DNA of 64,000 nucleotides, from NCBI GenBank assembly GCA_035510155.1, contig DATKHR010000088.1, forward strand, positions 7,846 to 71,845, read 5' to 3'. The DNA comes from Vicinamibacterales bacterium. GTDB lineage: Bacteria > Acidobacteriota > Vicinamibacteria > Vicinamibacterales > CAVVIG01. Shown here in pieces: positions 27,490 to 38,983 of this stretch. A program made the position numbers and the translations under genes. The first letter of the stretch is position 1. Each line of letters starts with the position of its first letter. The notes under the pieces are model-generated. The model had not been told where the DNA came from, ran no database searches, and worked only from the letters and a program-made list of their open reading frames with translations.

Positions 27490-28907
27490 TGGCAGCCGCA
27501 CCTGCGCTGGGAGGGGAGAGCGGCAGGCGCTCTGGAATGGAATCGACAGTGCCTGCCTCTCCGGTCATCGCGCCCGGTCACACCTTCGCGACGGTCACCG
27601 ACAAGATCAGTGCGATCGTGCTGACCCGCAAGACGCCGCTCGGCTGGTGGGCGGGGTTCGGCATCGTTTTTTCGCTCGCGGGTCTGCTCCTTCTCTCGCT
27701 GTCGTACCTGGTGCTGAAAGGCATCGGCATCTGGGGAAACAACATTCCAGTCGGGTGGGCGTTCGATATCACCAACCTCGTGTGGTGGATCGGCATCGGG
27801 CACGCCGGCACGCTCATCTCGGCCATTCTGCTCCTGCTCCGCCAGACGTGGCGCACCTCAATCAACAGATTTGCCGAAGCGATGACGCTCTTCGCGGTCG
27901 CCTGCGCGGGCATCTTCCCGTTGTTTCATACAGGGCGCCCCTGGCTGGCGTACTGGCTGTTCCCCTACCCGAACACGATGGGCGTCTGGCCGCAGTTCCG
28001 CAGCCCCTTGATGTGGGACGTCTTCGCGATCTCGACCTACGCGACGGTGTCGTTCGTGTTCTGGTTCATCGGGCTCATTCCCGATCTCGCGACCTTGCGC
28101 GACCGGTCGCAGTCTCGGGCGGGACGCATCATTTACGGCGTCCTCGCGATGGGCTGGCGCGGCTCGGCGCAACATTGGCATCGCTACGAGACGGCGTACC
28201 TCCTGCTGGCGGGCCTCGCCACGCCGCTCGTGGTTTCGGTGCACACCGTGATCAGCTTCGACTTCTCGATCGGCATCGTCCCCGGCTGGCATACGACGAT
28301 CTTTCCGCCGTATTTCGTCGCGGGCGCCATCTATTCCGGCTTCGCGATGGTCCTCTCGCTGGCGATCCCGATCCGCGCTGTGTACGGGCTCGAGGACTTC
28401 ATCACGATGCACCATTTGCAGAACATGGCGAAGGTGATGCTCGTGACCGGTCTGATCGTCGCCTACGGGTACGGAACCGAAGCGTTCATCGCGTGGTACA
28501 GCGCGGACAAGTTCGAGATGTTCGTGGCGGTCAACCGGTCCACCGGGCCCTACTGGTGGACCTACTGGTTGCTGATCCTCTGCAACGTCCTCGCGCCGCA
28601 GGTGCTCTGGTTGAAGCGCGCCCGCACCAGCGTCATGCTGCTGTTCGTGTTGTCGCTCATCGTGAACGTCGGCATGTGGCTCGAGCGCTTCGTGATCATC
28701 GTCACCAGCCTCCACCGAGACTTCCTGCCGTCGTCGTGGGGCATGTTCAGCCCGACGTTTTGGGACTGGTCGACCTTCATCGGCACCATCGGTCTGTTCC
28801 TCACGCTGTTGTTCCTCTTCCTCCGCTTCCTTCCGATGATCTCCATTTTCGAGATGCGCGCGATTCTTCCGGGCGCAAAGGTCGACGAAGACCTGGAGAC
28901 GGCCTGA
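27489..28907 (+). CDS. actC: Alternative Complex III subunit ActC (NrfD/PsrC-like polytopic quinol-interacting membrane subunit)
   Basis: 472-aa ORF whose ATG overlaps the actB TAA (TAATG). About 10 TM helices of NrfD type ([31 protein letters not shown]). The start may be the internal MESTV (27537). Confidence 0.9.
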   Translation: MAAAPALGGESGRRSGMESTVPASPVIAPGHTFATVTDKISAIVLTRKTPLGWWAGFGIVFSLAGLLLLSLSYLVLKGIGIWGNNIPVGWAFDITNLVWWIGIGHAGTLISAILLLLRQTWRTSINRFAEAMTLFAVACAGIFPLFHTGRPWLAYWLFPYPNTMGVWPQFRSPLMWDVFAISTYATVSFVFWFIGLIPDLATLRDRSQSRAGRIIYGVLAMGWRGSAQHWHRYETAYLLLAGLATPLVVSVHTVISFDFSIGIVPGWHTTIFPPYFVAGAIYSGFAMVLSLAIPIRAVYGLEDFITMHHLQNMAKVMLVTGLIVAYGYGTEAFIAWYSADKFEMFVAVNRSTGPYWWTYWLLILCNVLAPQVLWLKRARTSVMLLFVLSLIVNVGMWLERFVIIVTSLHRDFLPSSWGMFSPTFWDWSTFIGTIGLFLTLLFLFLRFLPMISIFEMRAILPGAKVDEDLETA

Positions 28908-28908
28908 C

Positions 28909-29460
28909 ATGGCGCAGCACACCGCATCAGCGTCGCTATACGGGCTGCTGGCCGAATTCGACGATCCAGGCTCCCTCGTCGCCGCCGCGCACCAGGCGTA
29001 CGAGCACGGCTATCGAACCATGGACGCCTACTCCCCGTTTCCCATCGAGGAGCTCCATGAGGCGCTGGGCGCGAGCCACACGCGGCTCCCCCTCGTCGTG
29101 CTCATTGGCGGCCTCGTAGGAGGCCTCGGCGGCTACGCGCTGCAGTATTGGGCCGCGGCGGTGACCTATCCTCTGAACATCGGCGGCAAGCCGCTCAACA
29201 GCTGGCCCGCATTCATCCCCATCACGTTCGAGTGCACGATTCTCGTCGCCGCGCTCTCCGCGGTCCTGGGAATGCTCGCGCTGAACGGGCTGCCGCAGCC
29301 GTTTCATCCGGTGTTCAACGTCCCGCGGTTTGCGCTGGCCAGCCGCAACCGGTTCTTCCTGTGCATCGAGTCGTGCGACCCGCAGTTCCACCTCGAAGAC
29401 ACCCGACGGTTTCTCGAAACGCTCAACCCGCTCGAGGTCACCACCGTTGCAGCCGATTGA
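28909..29460 (+). CDS. actD: Alternative Complex III subunit ActD (DUF3341-type)
   Basis: 183-aa ORF. N-terminus LYGLLAEFDDPGSLVAAAHQAYEHGYRTMDAYSPFPIEEL followed by two TM helices. It sits between actC and the monoheme subunit. Confidence 0.8.
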   Translation: MAQHTASASLYGLLAEFDDPGSLVAAAHQAYEHGYRTMDAYSPFPIEELHEALGASHTRLPLVVLIGGLVGGLGGYALQYWAAAVTYPLNIGGKPLNSWPAFIPITFECTILVAALSAVLGMLALNGLPQPFHPVFNVPRFALASRNRFFLCIESCDPQFHLEDTRRFLETLNPLEVTTVAAD

Positions 29461-29500
29461 GCACCTGACCGGCCGGGGCGGCGGCCGCCCACGCCAGATC

Positions 29501-30061
29501 GTGTCGGCCCTGGCGGCCGCCTCCTTCCTGGTTCTGGCTGCCGCCTGCAGGCAGGACATGCACGATCAACCGAAGTATGTGCCGCTCCGCCAGTCGTCAT
29601 TTTTCGGCGACGAGCGCTCAGCGCGTCCACTCGTGCCCGGAACAGTCGCTCGCGGCCACCTCCGCGATGACACGCTGTTGTATACGGGCAAGATCAACGG
29701 CGCGGATGCGACGGTCTTCCCGCTCGTTGCCGACGCGCGCGTGATGGCGCGTGGACAGGAGCGATTCGATATCTACTGCTCTCCCTGCCATGGGCGCACT
29801 GGACAAGGAGACGGCATGGTCGTCCGCCGAGGGTTCCGCCGTCCGCCCTCGTTCCACGAGGATCGCCTCCGCAACGCCCCCATTGGCCATCTGTTCGACG
29901 TCATCACCAACGGCTTCGGCGCCATGCCCGATTACGCCACGCAGATTCGCGCAGAAGATCGGTGGGCGATCGTCGCTTACGTGCGCGCGCTGCAGTTGAG
30001 CGAGCATGCAACGCTCGCCGACGTGCCGGCGGACAAGCGCAGCGAGCTGGAGAAGCATTAG
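29501..30061 (+). CDS. actE: Alternative Complex III subunit ActE, monoheme cytochrome c lipoprotein
   Basis: A GTG start at 29501 gives the lipoprotein signal MSALAAASFLVLAAAC. An alternative TTG lies at 29447. Single CSPCHG heme motif and a C-terminal class-I cytochrome c fold (GFGAMPDYA). Confidence 0.75.
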   Translation: MSALAAASFLVLAAACRQDMHDQPKYVPLRQSSFFGDERSARPLVPGTVARGHLRDDTLLYTGKINGADATVFPLVADARVMARGQERFDIYCSPCHGRTGQGDGMVVRRGFRRPPSFHEDRLRNAPIGHLFDVITNGFGAMPDYATQIRAEDRWAIVAYVRALQLSEHATLADVPADKRSELEKH

Positions 30062-30076
30062 TCCGGTCACGCGACT

Positions 30077-31306
30077 ATGCCACCGTACCAGGAGACCGCC
30101 GGCGTCGCGATTCCCGAGCTCCGCAGCCTCGAGCGGCGCGCCTTCGTCGCCGCCGCTGCAACAGGGGCCATTTCCCTGGGGGGCCTGTTCCTCAACCCGA
30201 CCCAGTTTCTCCAGTCTTATGTGATGGCGTATATGTGGTGCCTTGGCGCAACGCTGGGCTGCCTGGCGCTGGGCATGATGCACCAGCTGACCGGCGGCGG
30301 CTGGGGCGTGCTGATTCGCCGCCCGATCGGCGCCGCGTCCCGCGTGCTGCCCGTTCTGACGGTTTTTTTTCTTCCCATTGCCCTGGGCGTGCACCGGCTG
30401 TACACCTGGGCCGATCCAGGCATTGTCGCCCGGGATGAAGTCCTTCGACACAAAGCCATCTATCTGAACGTCCCGTTCTTCCTCACCCGCGCCGCACTCT
30501 ATTTTCTCGTTTGGAACGCGCTCGTCTTCTTCCTGAACCGCTGGTCGCTCGAGCAGGACGTGACCGGTGACCCGAACCTCGCGCGCCGGATGCAGAAGCT
30601 GAGTGCCGCCGGCCTCCTTGCGTACGGCGTGACGATCACGTTCGCGTCGTTCGACTGGCTGATGTCGCTCGATCCGCACTGGTACTCGACGATCTACGGT
30701 GTCCTCATCATGGGCGGCCAGGGGCTCACCGCCCTCGCCGTTCTGACGATCGTCCTCGTGTGGCTCAGCCGCCGCCCGCCGCTCCAGGGCGTCGTCGTGC
30801 CGGCATATTTTCACGACCTCGGCAACCTGATGCTCGCGTTCACGATGCTGTGGGCGTACTTCGCTTTCTCGCAGTACCTCATCATCTGGTCCGGCAACCT
30901 GCCGCACGAGATCGAGTGGTATCTGCACCGCTCGTATACGAGCTGGCGCTTCGCCGCGCTCGCGCTCGTGGCCTTTCATTTTGCCATTCCCTTCGCGCTC
31001 CTCTTGTCACGTCGCGTGAAACGGCACGCCCAGTCCATTCTCCAGGTCGCGATCTGGATCCTGGGCGCGAGGCTCGTCGATCTGTTGTGGCTGATCGCGC
31101 CGGAATTCCACCACGAAGGCCTGTCGATCAGCTGGCTGGACGTGATCTTGCCGGTGGCGCTTGGGAGCCTCTGGCTCGGTACATTCATCTGGCAACTGCG
31201 CGGGCGCGCCATCCTGCCGGTCCATGATCCGCAGTTCGATGAGACGCTGGGGCGAATCATCCAACGAAGTACCGGGGGACCAACCCACCCAAGGACGGCC
31301 CATTAG
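30077..31306 (+). CDS. actF: Alternative Complex III subunit ActF (second NrfD-like membrane subunit)
   Basis: 409-aa polytopic ORF immediately after actE. The hydrophobic profile is NrfD-like. Confidence 0.8.
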   Translation: MPPYQETAGVAIPELRSLERRAFVAAAATGAISLGGLFLNPTQFLQSYVMAYMWCLGATLGCLALGMMHQLTGGGWGVLIRRPIGAASRVLPVLTVFFLPIALGVHRLYTWADPGIVARDEVLRHKAIYLNVPFFLTRAALYFLVWNALVFFLNRWSLEQDVTGDPNLARRMQKLSAAGLLAYGVTITFASFDWLMSLDPHWYSTIYGVLIMGGQGLTALAVLTIVLVWLSRRPPLQGVVVPAYFHDLGNLMLAFTMLWAYFAFSQYLIIWSGNLPHEIEWYLHRSYTSWRFAALALVAFHFAIPFALLLSRRVKRHAQSILQVAIWILGARLVDLLWLIAPEFHHEGLSISWLDVILPVALGSLWLGTFIWQLRGRAILPVHDPQFDETLGRIIQRSTGGPTHPRTAH

Positions 31307-31308
31307 CC

Positions 31309-31677
31309 ATGGTTCACCACGAGGAAAGCGACGTTAACATCCGCGGTATCCTGGTCTTTGCCGCCGCGCTCCTCGTCACCGCCGTTGGGATCGCGTTCAT
31401 CGTCTGGCTGCTCTTCAACTACTTCAACGCGCGCGAGGCGCGGCAGGGCGCGCCGGAGTTTCCGCTGGCCGCCGCCGAGGAACACCGCCTGCCGCCAGAA
31501 CCGCGGCTGCAGACCAATCCACGCGAGGATCTCCGCGAGCTGATGGACGCTGAACAACGGACGCTCACCACGTATGGCTGGGTGGATCGAAACGCGGGCA
31601 TTGTGCGCATCCCGATCGACGAGGCGATGAGGTTGACGACCCAAAGGGGGTTACCGGCGCGGGAGGCAGCGAAATGA
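31309..31677 (+). CDS. Small single-TM protein in the ActG position of the ACIII-oxidase cluster
   Basis: 122-aa ORF starting 3 nt after actF. One TM helix (ILVFAAALLVTAVGIAFIVWLLF). The stop overlaps the SCO start. Confidence 0.5.
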   Translation: MVHHEESDVNIRGILVFAAALLVTAVGIAFIVWLLFNYFNAREARQGAPEFPLAAAEEHRLPPEPRLQTNPREDLRELMDAEQRTLTTYGWVDRNAGIVRIPIDEAMRLTTQRGLPAREAAK

Positions 31678-32564
31678 AGCCCCGTTCATCGACGCTCATC
31701 GGCGCCGCGCTCGGCGCGACGATCCTGCTGATCGCCGCGTCACCCATGGCCGCCCAGAAGATGACCGGTTCACCTGCCGCAACCGGCTACCGACAGGAGC
31801 CGGGCCAGCCTTCGTCGACGCTGCCTGCGGCGCTTCGCGAGATCGGCTTCGACCAGAATCTCAACGAGCGCGTCCCCCTCGACGCGACCTTCACCGACGA
31901 GATGGGGCGGACCATTCCTCTTGGCGACTACTTCGGCCGCAGGCCGGTCGTGATGCTGTTCGCGTATTACCAGTGCCCTATGCTCTGCCCGCAGGTCATC
32001 AATGGGCTCGCCAGCGCGCTGAACGTGCTCTCGCTCGAGCCGGGCGCCGACTTCGAGATCGTGACGGTGAGCTTCGACCCGCGCGACACGCCGGCAACAG
32101 CCTCCGCCCAGAAGGCGCACTCCATTGAGCGCTACAAGCGGCAGGGCGCGGCCGAAAGCTGGCACTTTCTCACAGGCGCGCAGGCGTCCATCGATCGGCT
32201 CACCAAAGCAGCCGGATTCCGCTACGTCTGGGACACGCCCACCAATCAGTTCGCGCACCCGAGCGGCGTGATTGTGCTGACGCCGGACGGTCGATTGGCC
32301 CGCTATCTCTTCGGTATCGAATACGGCCCGCGCGATCTTCGACTCGCGATCGTGGAAGCGTCGAGCGGCCTGGTCGGCAACGCTGCGGACGCCGTGCTCC
32401 TGTATTGTTACCACTACGATCCGATGACCGGCCGCTACGGCTTCGTCATCATGCGCGCGATGCGGCTGGCGGGCGTCGGAACCGTCCTGGCCCTCGCCGC
32501 GTTCATCGTCATCATGCTGCGCAGGGAAAGATCCGCAATCCCGAATCACGCTGAAAACGCATAG
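31674..32564 (+). CDS. SCO1/SenC family copper chaperone (thioredoxin fold)
   Basis: 296-aa ORF with a signal/anchor and the CxxxC copper site YYQCPMLCPQVINGL plus a downstream His (FAHPSG). It has a C-terminal TM helix. The last codons (SAIPNHAENA) are supplied by a short dispersed repeat. Confidence 0.85.
   Translation: MKPRSSTLIGAALGATILLIAASPMAAQKMTGSPAATGYRQEPGQPSSTLPAALREIGFDQNLNERVPLDATFTDEMGRTIPLGDYFGRRPVVMLFAYYQCPMLCPQVINGLASALNVLSLEPGADFEIVTVSFDPRDTPATASAQKAHSIERYKRQGAAESWHFLTGAQASIDRLTKAAGFRYVWDTPTNQFAHPSGVIVLTPDGRLARYLFGIEYGPRDLRLAIVEASSGLVGNAADAVLLYCYHYDPMTGRYGFVIMRAMRLAGVGTVLALAAFIVIMLRRERSAIPNHAENA
32530..32551 (+). repeat. AATCC-type short dispersed repeat copy forming the 3' end of the SCO gene
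   Basis: gatccgcaatcccgaatcacgc. Compare with 24401-24416 (cgaatcccgcatcacg) and 17511-17522. Confidence 0.5.
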
Positions 32565-32566
32565 GT

Positions 32567-33511
32567 ATGTGGACCGGCATTCCCCTTTTTCCCGAAACCG
32601 CGTCGACGATGGCGTCGCGCGTGGATGCCCTGTACCTGTTCCTCCTGGGAGTCGCCGGCTTCTTCTCGCTCCTCATCGCCGGCCTCATCGTCTTCTACGC
32701 CGTGCGATACAGGCGGCAGTCGCCGCGCAGCGTTGGCGCCACGATCCACGGGAGCGTGACGCTCGAGCTGACGTGGACGATCGTTCCGTTTCTCATCACG
32801 ATGGTCATCTTCGTCTGGGGCGCCAGCGTCTTCTTCGCGATGGCGCGGCCGCCGGACGACACGCTCGATATCTACGTGGTCGGCAAGCAGTGGATGTGGA
32901 AATTCCAGCACCTCGACGGGCAGCGTGAAATCAACGAGCTGCACGTCCCGCTCGGGCGGCCAACCAAGTTGATCATGACCTCGGAGGACGTGATCCACGA
33001 CGTGTTCGTCCCGGCCTTTCGTGTCAAGGCGGACGTGCTCCCTGGACGCTACACGAACATCTGGTTTCAACCGACCAAGGCGGGGCGGTACCACTTGTTC
33101 TGCGCGGAGTACTGCGGAACCAGGCACTCCGGGATGATCGGCGAGGTCGTCGTCATGGAACCGACCGAGTACCAGGCGTGGCTGAGCGGCGGACCCGAGG
33201 GGTCGCTCGCTGAAAACGGCGCGAAGCTCTTCGAGAGCCTGGCCTGCAACACCTGCCACCGCCCGGACGCGCAGGGCCGCGGGCCGACGCTCGACGGTCT
33301 GTTCGGCAAGATGGTCAAACTCCAGAGCGGTGAAACGATCACCGCCGACGAGGCGTATGTGCGCGAATCGATTCTGAACCCGTCTGCCAAGATCACCGCC
33401 GGCTACCAGCCCATCATGCCGACGTTTCAGGGCCTGGTGACCGAGGAGCAGCTCCTGGAGCTGATCGAATACGTCAAGTCCCTGCAGGCGCCCCCACAGG
33501 CCGCACGATGA
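32567..33511 (+). CDS. coxB: Cytochrome c oxidase subunit II with fused C-terminal cytochrome c domain (caa3-type)
   Basis: Two N-terminal TM helices. CuA site HDVFVPAFRVKAD...FCAEYCGTRHSGM. C-terminal CNTCH heme c motif. Confidence 0.9.
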   Translation: MWTGIPLFPETASTMASRVDALYLFLLGVAGFFSLLIAGLIVFYAVRYRRQSPRSVGATIHGSVTLELTWTIVPFLITMVIFVWGASVFFAMARPPDDTLDIYVVGKQWMWKFQHLDGQREINELHVPLGRPTKLIMTSEDVIHDVFVPAFRVKADVLPGRYTNIWFQPTKAGRYHLFCAEYCGTRHSGMIGEVVVMEPTEYQAWLSGGPEGSLAENGAKLFESLACNTCHRPDAQGRGPTLDGLFGKMVKLQSGETITADEAYVRESILNPSAKITAGYQPIMPTFQGLVTEEQLLELIEYVKSLQAPPQAAR

Positions 33512-33541
33512 GCTCGGAAATCCCCACTCACGAGTAACGAG

Positions 33542-35153
33542 ATGTCGAGCACTGTCCTTTCCCCGCCCCGCCACTACCTGAACGACGGCTACGGCGTCAA
33601 GTCATGGCTGTTGACCCGCGACCACAAGCGCATCGCTCTGCTCTATCTCGCGGGCGTCACGTTCTTTTTCTTCGTCGGGGGCGCCATGGCCGTGCTCATC
33701 CGCCTGGAGCTCGCAACACCCCCCGGCGACCTGGTGTCCGACGAGACCTATAACAAGCTGTTCACGATGCACGGGGTGATGATGGTGTTCTTCTTCCTCA
33801 TCCCGGCCATCCCCGCCGTCATCGGTAATTTCCTCGTGCCGATCATGATCGGCGCAAAAGACCTCGCCCTCCCGAAAATCAACCTCCTGAGCTGGTACAT
33901 CTACATGGTGGGCGGGCTCTTCACGCTTTACGCGCTCATTGCCGGAGGCGTGGACACCGGCTGGACGTTCTACGCTCCGTTCAGCACAGCGTCGTCCACG
34001 ACCAACGTCATTCCGACCGCGCTCGGAATTTTCATCACCGGGTTCTCTTCCATCCTCACCGGGCTCAACTTCATCGTGACCATCCACCGGATGCGCGCGC
34101 CGGGCATGACCTGGTTTCGCATGCCGCTGTTCCTCTGGTCGATCTACGCGACGAGCTTGATCAACGTTCTCGGCACGCCGGTCATTGCCATCACGATCCT
34201 GCTCGTCGCCGCCGAACGATTGTTCCATTTCGGGTTCTTCAACCCGGCCCTCGGCGGCGACCCCGTGCTCTTTCAGCACCTCTTCTGGTTCTATTCGCAT
34301 CCAGCGGTCTACATCATGGTGCTGCCGGCGATGGGCGTCATCAGCGAGCTCGTCGCCGCCGGCTGCCGCAAGCCGGTCTTCGGCTATACCTTCGTCGCCT
34401 TCGCCAGCCTCGCGATCGCGGTGGTTGGATTCCTTGTGTGGGGCCACCACATGTTCGTCGCCGGCGAATCAGTCTACGCCGCCCTGATCTTCTCGATCCT
34501 GAGCTTCATCGTCGCCGTCCCGTCGGCCGTCAAGGTCTTCAACTGGACCGCCACGATGTATCAAGGCGCCGTTTCGTGGGAAACGCCGATGCTCTACGCC
34601 TACGGGTTCATCGGGCTGTTCACGATTGGCGGGCTGACGGGACTGTTCCTCGCGGCCATCGGCATCGATGTGCACGTGACCGACACCTACTTCGTCATCG
34701 CGCACTTCCATTACATCATGGTCGGCGGGACCATCATGGGCTACCTCGGAGGGCTCCACTTCTGGTGGCCGAAGATGACCGGTCGACTCTACAACGAGGG
34801 GCTGGCGAAGGTGAGCGCCGTAATCATCTTCGTCGGATTCAACCTGACGTTCTTTCCGCAGTTCATCCTTGGCTACCTGGGCATGCCGCGGCGGTACCAT
34901 GCGTACCCGCCGGAGTTTCAGGTGCTCAACGTGCTGTCCTCCGCCGGCGCGTCGATATTGGGGATCGGCTACCTGATTCCCATGATCTATCTCATGTGGT
35001 CGTTGCGATATGGTCGGCTCGCCGGTTCGAATCCCTGGGGCGCGGTCGGATTGGAGTGGACCACGACGTCGCCGCCGCCGACGGAGAATTTCGAAACCAC
35101 GCCCGTCGTGACTTGGGAAGCGTACGACTACGGATCGACGGTGGAGGGGCACG

Positions 35154-35161
<8 letters not shown>
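33542..35161 (+). CDS. ctaD: Cytochrome c oxidase subunit I
   Basis: 539-aa ORF with 12 TM helices and canonical motifs ([37 protein letters not shown]). Confidence 0.95.
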
Positions 35162-35850
<689 letters not shown>

Positions 35851-35861
<11 letters not shown>

Positions 35862-36156
35862 CTCGGCTCACCACATCATTCCGACACGGGTCTACTACAC
35901 CATCTTCGGGCTGCTGATCTCCTGCACGTTTCTGACCGTGCAGATTTCGTTTCTGGATCTCGGCCCCCTCAACGCCGTTGCGGCGCTCGGTATCGCCGTG
36001 TTCAAGGCGACACTCGTCGTCTTGTTCTTCATGCACGCCTGGTACAGCCCCAGGCTCACCTGGGTGGTCGTGCTCGGCAGCGTGTTCTGGTTGGGCATCC
36101 TCCTTGCGATGACGATGACCGATTACGTAACGCGAGTGTGGAGAACATACGGGTGA
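35851..36156 (+). CDS. Cytochrome c oxidase subunit IV (bacterial caa3-type small subunit)
   Basis: Start at MRTNSAHHIIPTRVYYTIF (ATG 35851, overlapping the subunit III stop). Three TM helices, about 100 aa, and it sits last in the oxidase cluster. Confidence 0.7.
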
Positions 36157-36192
36157 CGCGGGACTAGTGTCATACTCTCGGCCGGACTACCT

Positions 36193-37836
36193 GTGGATCG
36201 GCTGTCCCCCAACGAAACGATCGCGCTCCTCGAAGCAATGCTCAACGCGGTGCAAGATGCCGTCGTCGCGATTGATCTCGAGCGACGCGCCGTCGCTCAC
36301 AATCAGCGCTACCGCACATTGTTCGTCCAAATAGCCGACCCTGGTCCCGCTCAGGCCCCCTACGATCCCCTCCGGGCCGCGGAGATCCTCGGCGTTGCCC
36401 GTGCGGCGTGGCCATACATCGAAAACCTCGACGAGCTCCGCCGGACATCCGACGCCATCTGGTCTACTCTGCCTGATGAATTCGACAGCTTCGTTGACGC
36501 GGTCCGGTTCAAGGATGGCCGGGTCTGCGAGCGGCTCGTCTCCCCCTACCGGATCGGAGGCAGGGTCGCAGGAGTCATCGCCAGCTTTCGCGAGGCTGGC
36601 CACCGCGGTTTGTCCGACGACCAACTGTGGCAGTCGCAGAAGATCGAAGCCATCGGGCGCCTCGCCGGCGGCATTGCTCACGACCTGAACAATGCCTTGA
36701 CCACGATTGCGGGCTACTCCGATCTGGCCCTTGGTCAGCTGGAGCCGTCCAGTCCGGTCAGGTCCGATATTGAGGAAATCCGCCGGGGCGCCGAACGCGC
36801 GGGATCGGTGACCCGCCAGCTGCTCGCCTTCAGCCGGAAGGAACGGCTCGAGCCTCGGCTGTTCGACCTCAATCAGACAATCCAGATGCTCGGCCGGCTG
36901 CTCTCGCGCCTCCTCGGCTCCGACATCACGGTGGTCACGGAGCTGGCGCCGGCCGTGCCGGCAATCCTCGGTGATCCCGGGCAGATCGAGCAGGCGATCA
37001 TCAACCTGGCTGTCAACGCCCGCGACGCGATGCCCGGCGGCGGCCGCCTGATCCTGTCGACCTCGGTCGAAGATCTCGACGAAGGCGCGGCGCGCGTGAA
37101 CGTGCCGATGAGCCCCGGGCGGTACCTCGTGCTGCGGGTGAGCGACACCGGACACGGCATGACGGGCGAAACGCTGGCGCACATCTTCGAGCCGTTCTTC
37201 ACCACGAAGGCGCCCGGCAAGGGAACGGGGCTCGGCCTCTCGATGGTCTACGGCACGTTGAAACAGATTGGCGGGTTCATCTTCGCCGACAGCGAAGCCG
37301 GGCGAGGCACGACGTTCCGTCTGTACTTCCGCCCTACGCCTCGCCACGAGGAGCTGCACACAGCGTCGGCAATCGGCACGGCTCCGGCGGCGCCGTCCCG
37401 CCGCGACCAGCCTACGCTGCTGGTCGTCGAAGACGAAGCGGCGGTGCGCGATCTTGTCGCCGGCGCGCTCGGGCACGACGGATATCGGTTGCTGTTTGCC
37501 AAGTCGGCGGAGGAAGCGCTGGAGCTCGAAGCGACGCACAGTGGACCGATTGACCTCCTCCTCACCGACGCGATCATGCCTGGCAAGACAGGAATGGAGC
37601 TCGCCAGAACTTTACGGGCCACACGCCCGAACCTGCGGGTCATCGTGATGTCGGGTTACGCGGAGGACGCGCTGAGCGGACTCGATCAGACCCTGGATGT
37701 ACTGAGGAAGCCCTTCTCTCCGGGCGAGTTGAGACTGCGAATCCGTGAGGCGACCGACCAGATCCGCGATGTGTCGCCTCCACCATCAGGCCCTTACGCT
37801 GGAGAACCGGGCCGGGGCGGAGACAGCTCGCGGTAG
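36193..37836 (+). CDS. Hybrid sensor histidine kinase (PAS - HisKA - HATPase_c - receiver)
   Basis: H-box [24 protein letters not shown] boxes [17 protein letters not shown] and [12 protein letters not shown]-terminal receiver [13 protein letters not shown]...[14 protein letters not shown]...KPF. Confidence 0.85.
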   Translation: MDRLSPNETIALLEAMLNAVQDAVVAIDLERRAVAHNQRYRTLFVQIADPGPAQAPYDPLRAAEILGVARAAWPYIENLDELRRTSDAIWSTLPDEFDSFVDAVRFKDGRVCERLVSPYRIGGRVAGVIASFREAGHRGLSDDQLWQSQKIEAIGRLAGGIAHDLNNALTTIAGYSDLALGQLEPSSPVRSDIEEIRRGAERAGSVTRQLLAFSRKERLEPRLFDLNQTIQMLGRLLSRLLGSDITVVTELAPAVPAILGDPGQIEQAIINLAVNARDAMPGGGRLILSTSVEDLDEGAARVNVPMSPGRYLVLRVSDTGHGMTGETLAHIFEPFFTTKAPGKGTGLGLSMVYGTLKQIGGFIFADSEAGRGTTFRLYFRPTPRHEELHTASAIGTAPAAPSRRDQPTLLVVEDEAAVRDLVAGALGHDGYRLLFAKSAEEALELEATHSGPIDLLLTDAIMPGKTGMELARTLRATRPNLRVIVMSGYAEDALSGLDQTLDVLRKPFSPGELRLRIREATDQIRDVSPPPSGPYAGEPGRGGDSSR

Positions 37837-38933
37837 ATCGCCATGGCCCGCCGGCCAATCGCATCCCAACTGCAGTGCGCTTCGAAGAACGCCTGCCCGG
37901 TTGCGCGCTGTTCTTCCAAACACGTCGACGCCATGCGATCGAGCGCGGCGGCGAGCGACGCGGGGTCGCCGGCCCGCCACAGCGCGCCGACGCGCCCGTC
38001 GGCAATCAGCCAGCGAAACGACGGAATATCGGTCAAAACAGGAACCACACCGCACGCCAGCGCTTCGAGCGCCGCATACCCGCTGCCTTCCCAATGGCTT
38101 CCAAGCACGAAGAGATCGGCGCCGCCGTACACTGCCGGCAGCCGCTCGTGCGGCACTTCACCGAGCAGGGTGACGCGCGTCCGAAGCCATTCGTCACGCT
38201 CCACCGCCGTCCTCAGCTCCTGCTCGAGATCCGCGACGTGGTAGACAAACGTCAGCGTCGCGTCCGGGCGACGTCGCGAGAACATCGCAAACCCTTCGAG
38301 CACGGTCACCGGATCCTTGTTCGCATTGAGCCGGCCCACGAAGAGAATCGCAAGGCCGTGTCGTTGAGGCGAGCGCCCGCCGGGCGCCCGCCACGTCGTG
38401 CTGCCCTCCATCACGTCGCGCACGGCGAGCCCGCCCGGTGCCAATCCGCTTGTCCGGAAGACGTCCCCCTGCGGCGGCGTCGCGACGAGAACGCCGTCGG
38501 CTGCACGCAGTCCGTAACGCATCCAGGCTTTTCGTAACGGGGAGAGCCGCTCGGGGTCGAACCCTCCATGGTCCTGAACCACGATCGCGCATCGGCTCGC
38601 GCTCGCCCGGCGAAGACGGCGTGTCAGCAGCGGGTACTCGAGCCCGTTGACGTGAACGACATCTGGAGAAAACGCAGTGACGGCGGCGCAGAGCCGTCCG
38701 CCCGAATACCAGACGGGCGGCCGCGCCGGTCCGCGATCTTCGACAAAGCAATAGTCAACGTCCTCTCGCGATATCAAACCGGGCCGGTGAAAGCGCTGGA
38801 AGCTCACGACCTTGGTCGCGCCGGCGGCCGCGAGAGCGTCGGCCCACCCGGTCAGCGTACTGAACCGATCGAGCGTCGATTCGCGCGTCGGCACCGATGG
38901 GTCCCACGTGGCGTTGACAATTGCGATCCGCAT
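37794..38933 (-). CDS. Glycosyltransferase family 4 (GT-B, glycosyl transferases group 1)
   Basis: Start at MRIAIVNATWD. C-terminal EX7E region SHWEGSGYAALEALACGVVPVLTDIPSF. The 3' end overlaps the convergent kinase gene by about 43 nt. Confidence 0.8.
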   Translation of the reverse strand: MRIAIVNATWDPSVPTRESTLDRFSTLTGWADALAAAGATKVVSFQRFHRPGLISREDVDYCFVEDRGPARPPVWYSGGRLCAAVTAFSPDVVHVNGLEYPLLTRRLRRASASRCAIVVQDHGGFDPERLSPLRKAWMRYGLRAADGVLVATPPQGDVFRTSGLAPGGLAVRDVMEGSTTWRAPGGRSPQRHGLAILFVGRLNANKDPVTVLEGFAMFSRRRPDATLTFVYHVADLEQELRTAVERDEWLRTRVTLLGEVPHERLPAVYGGADLFVLGSHWEGSGYAALEALACGVVPVLTDIPSFRWLIADGRVGALWRAGDPASLAAALDRMASTCLEEQRATGQAFFEAHCSWDAIGRRAMAIYRELSPPRPGSPA

Positions 38934-38983
38934 CTCGCCCCGCGCCGCCACGGGCAACCGCTCATGGCAACGGGCCTCAGCGG

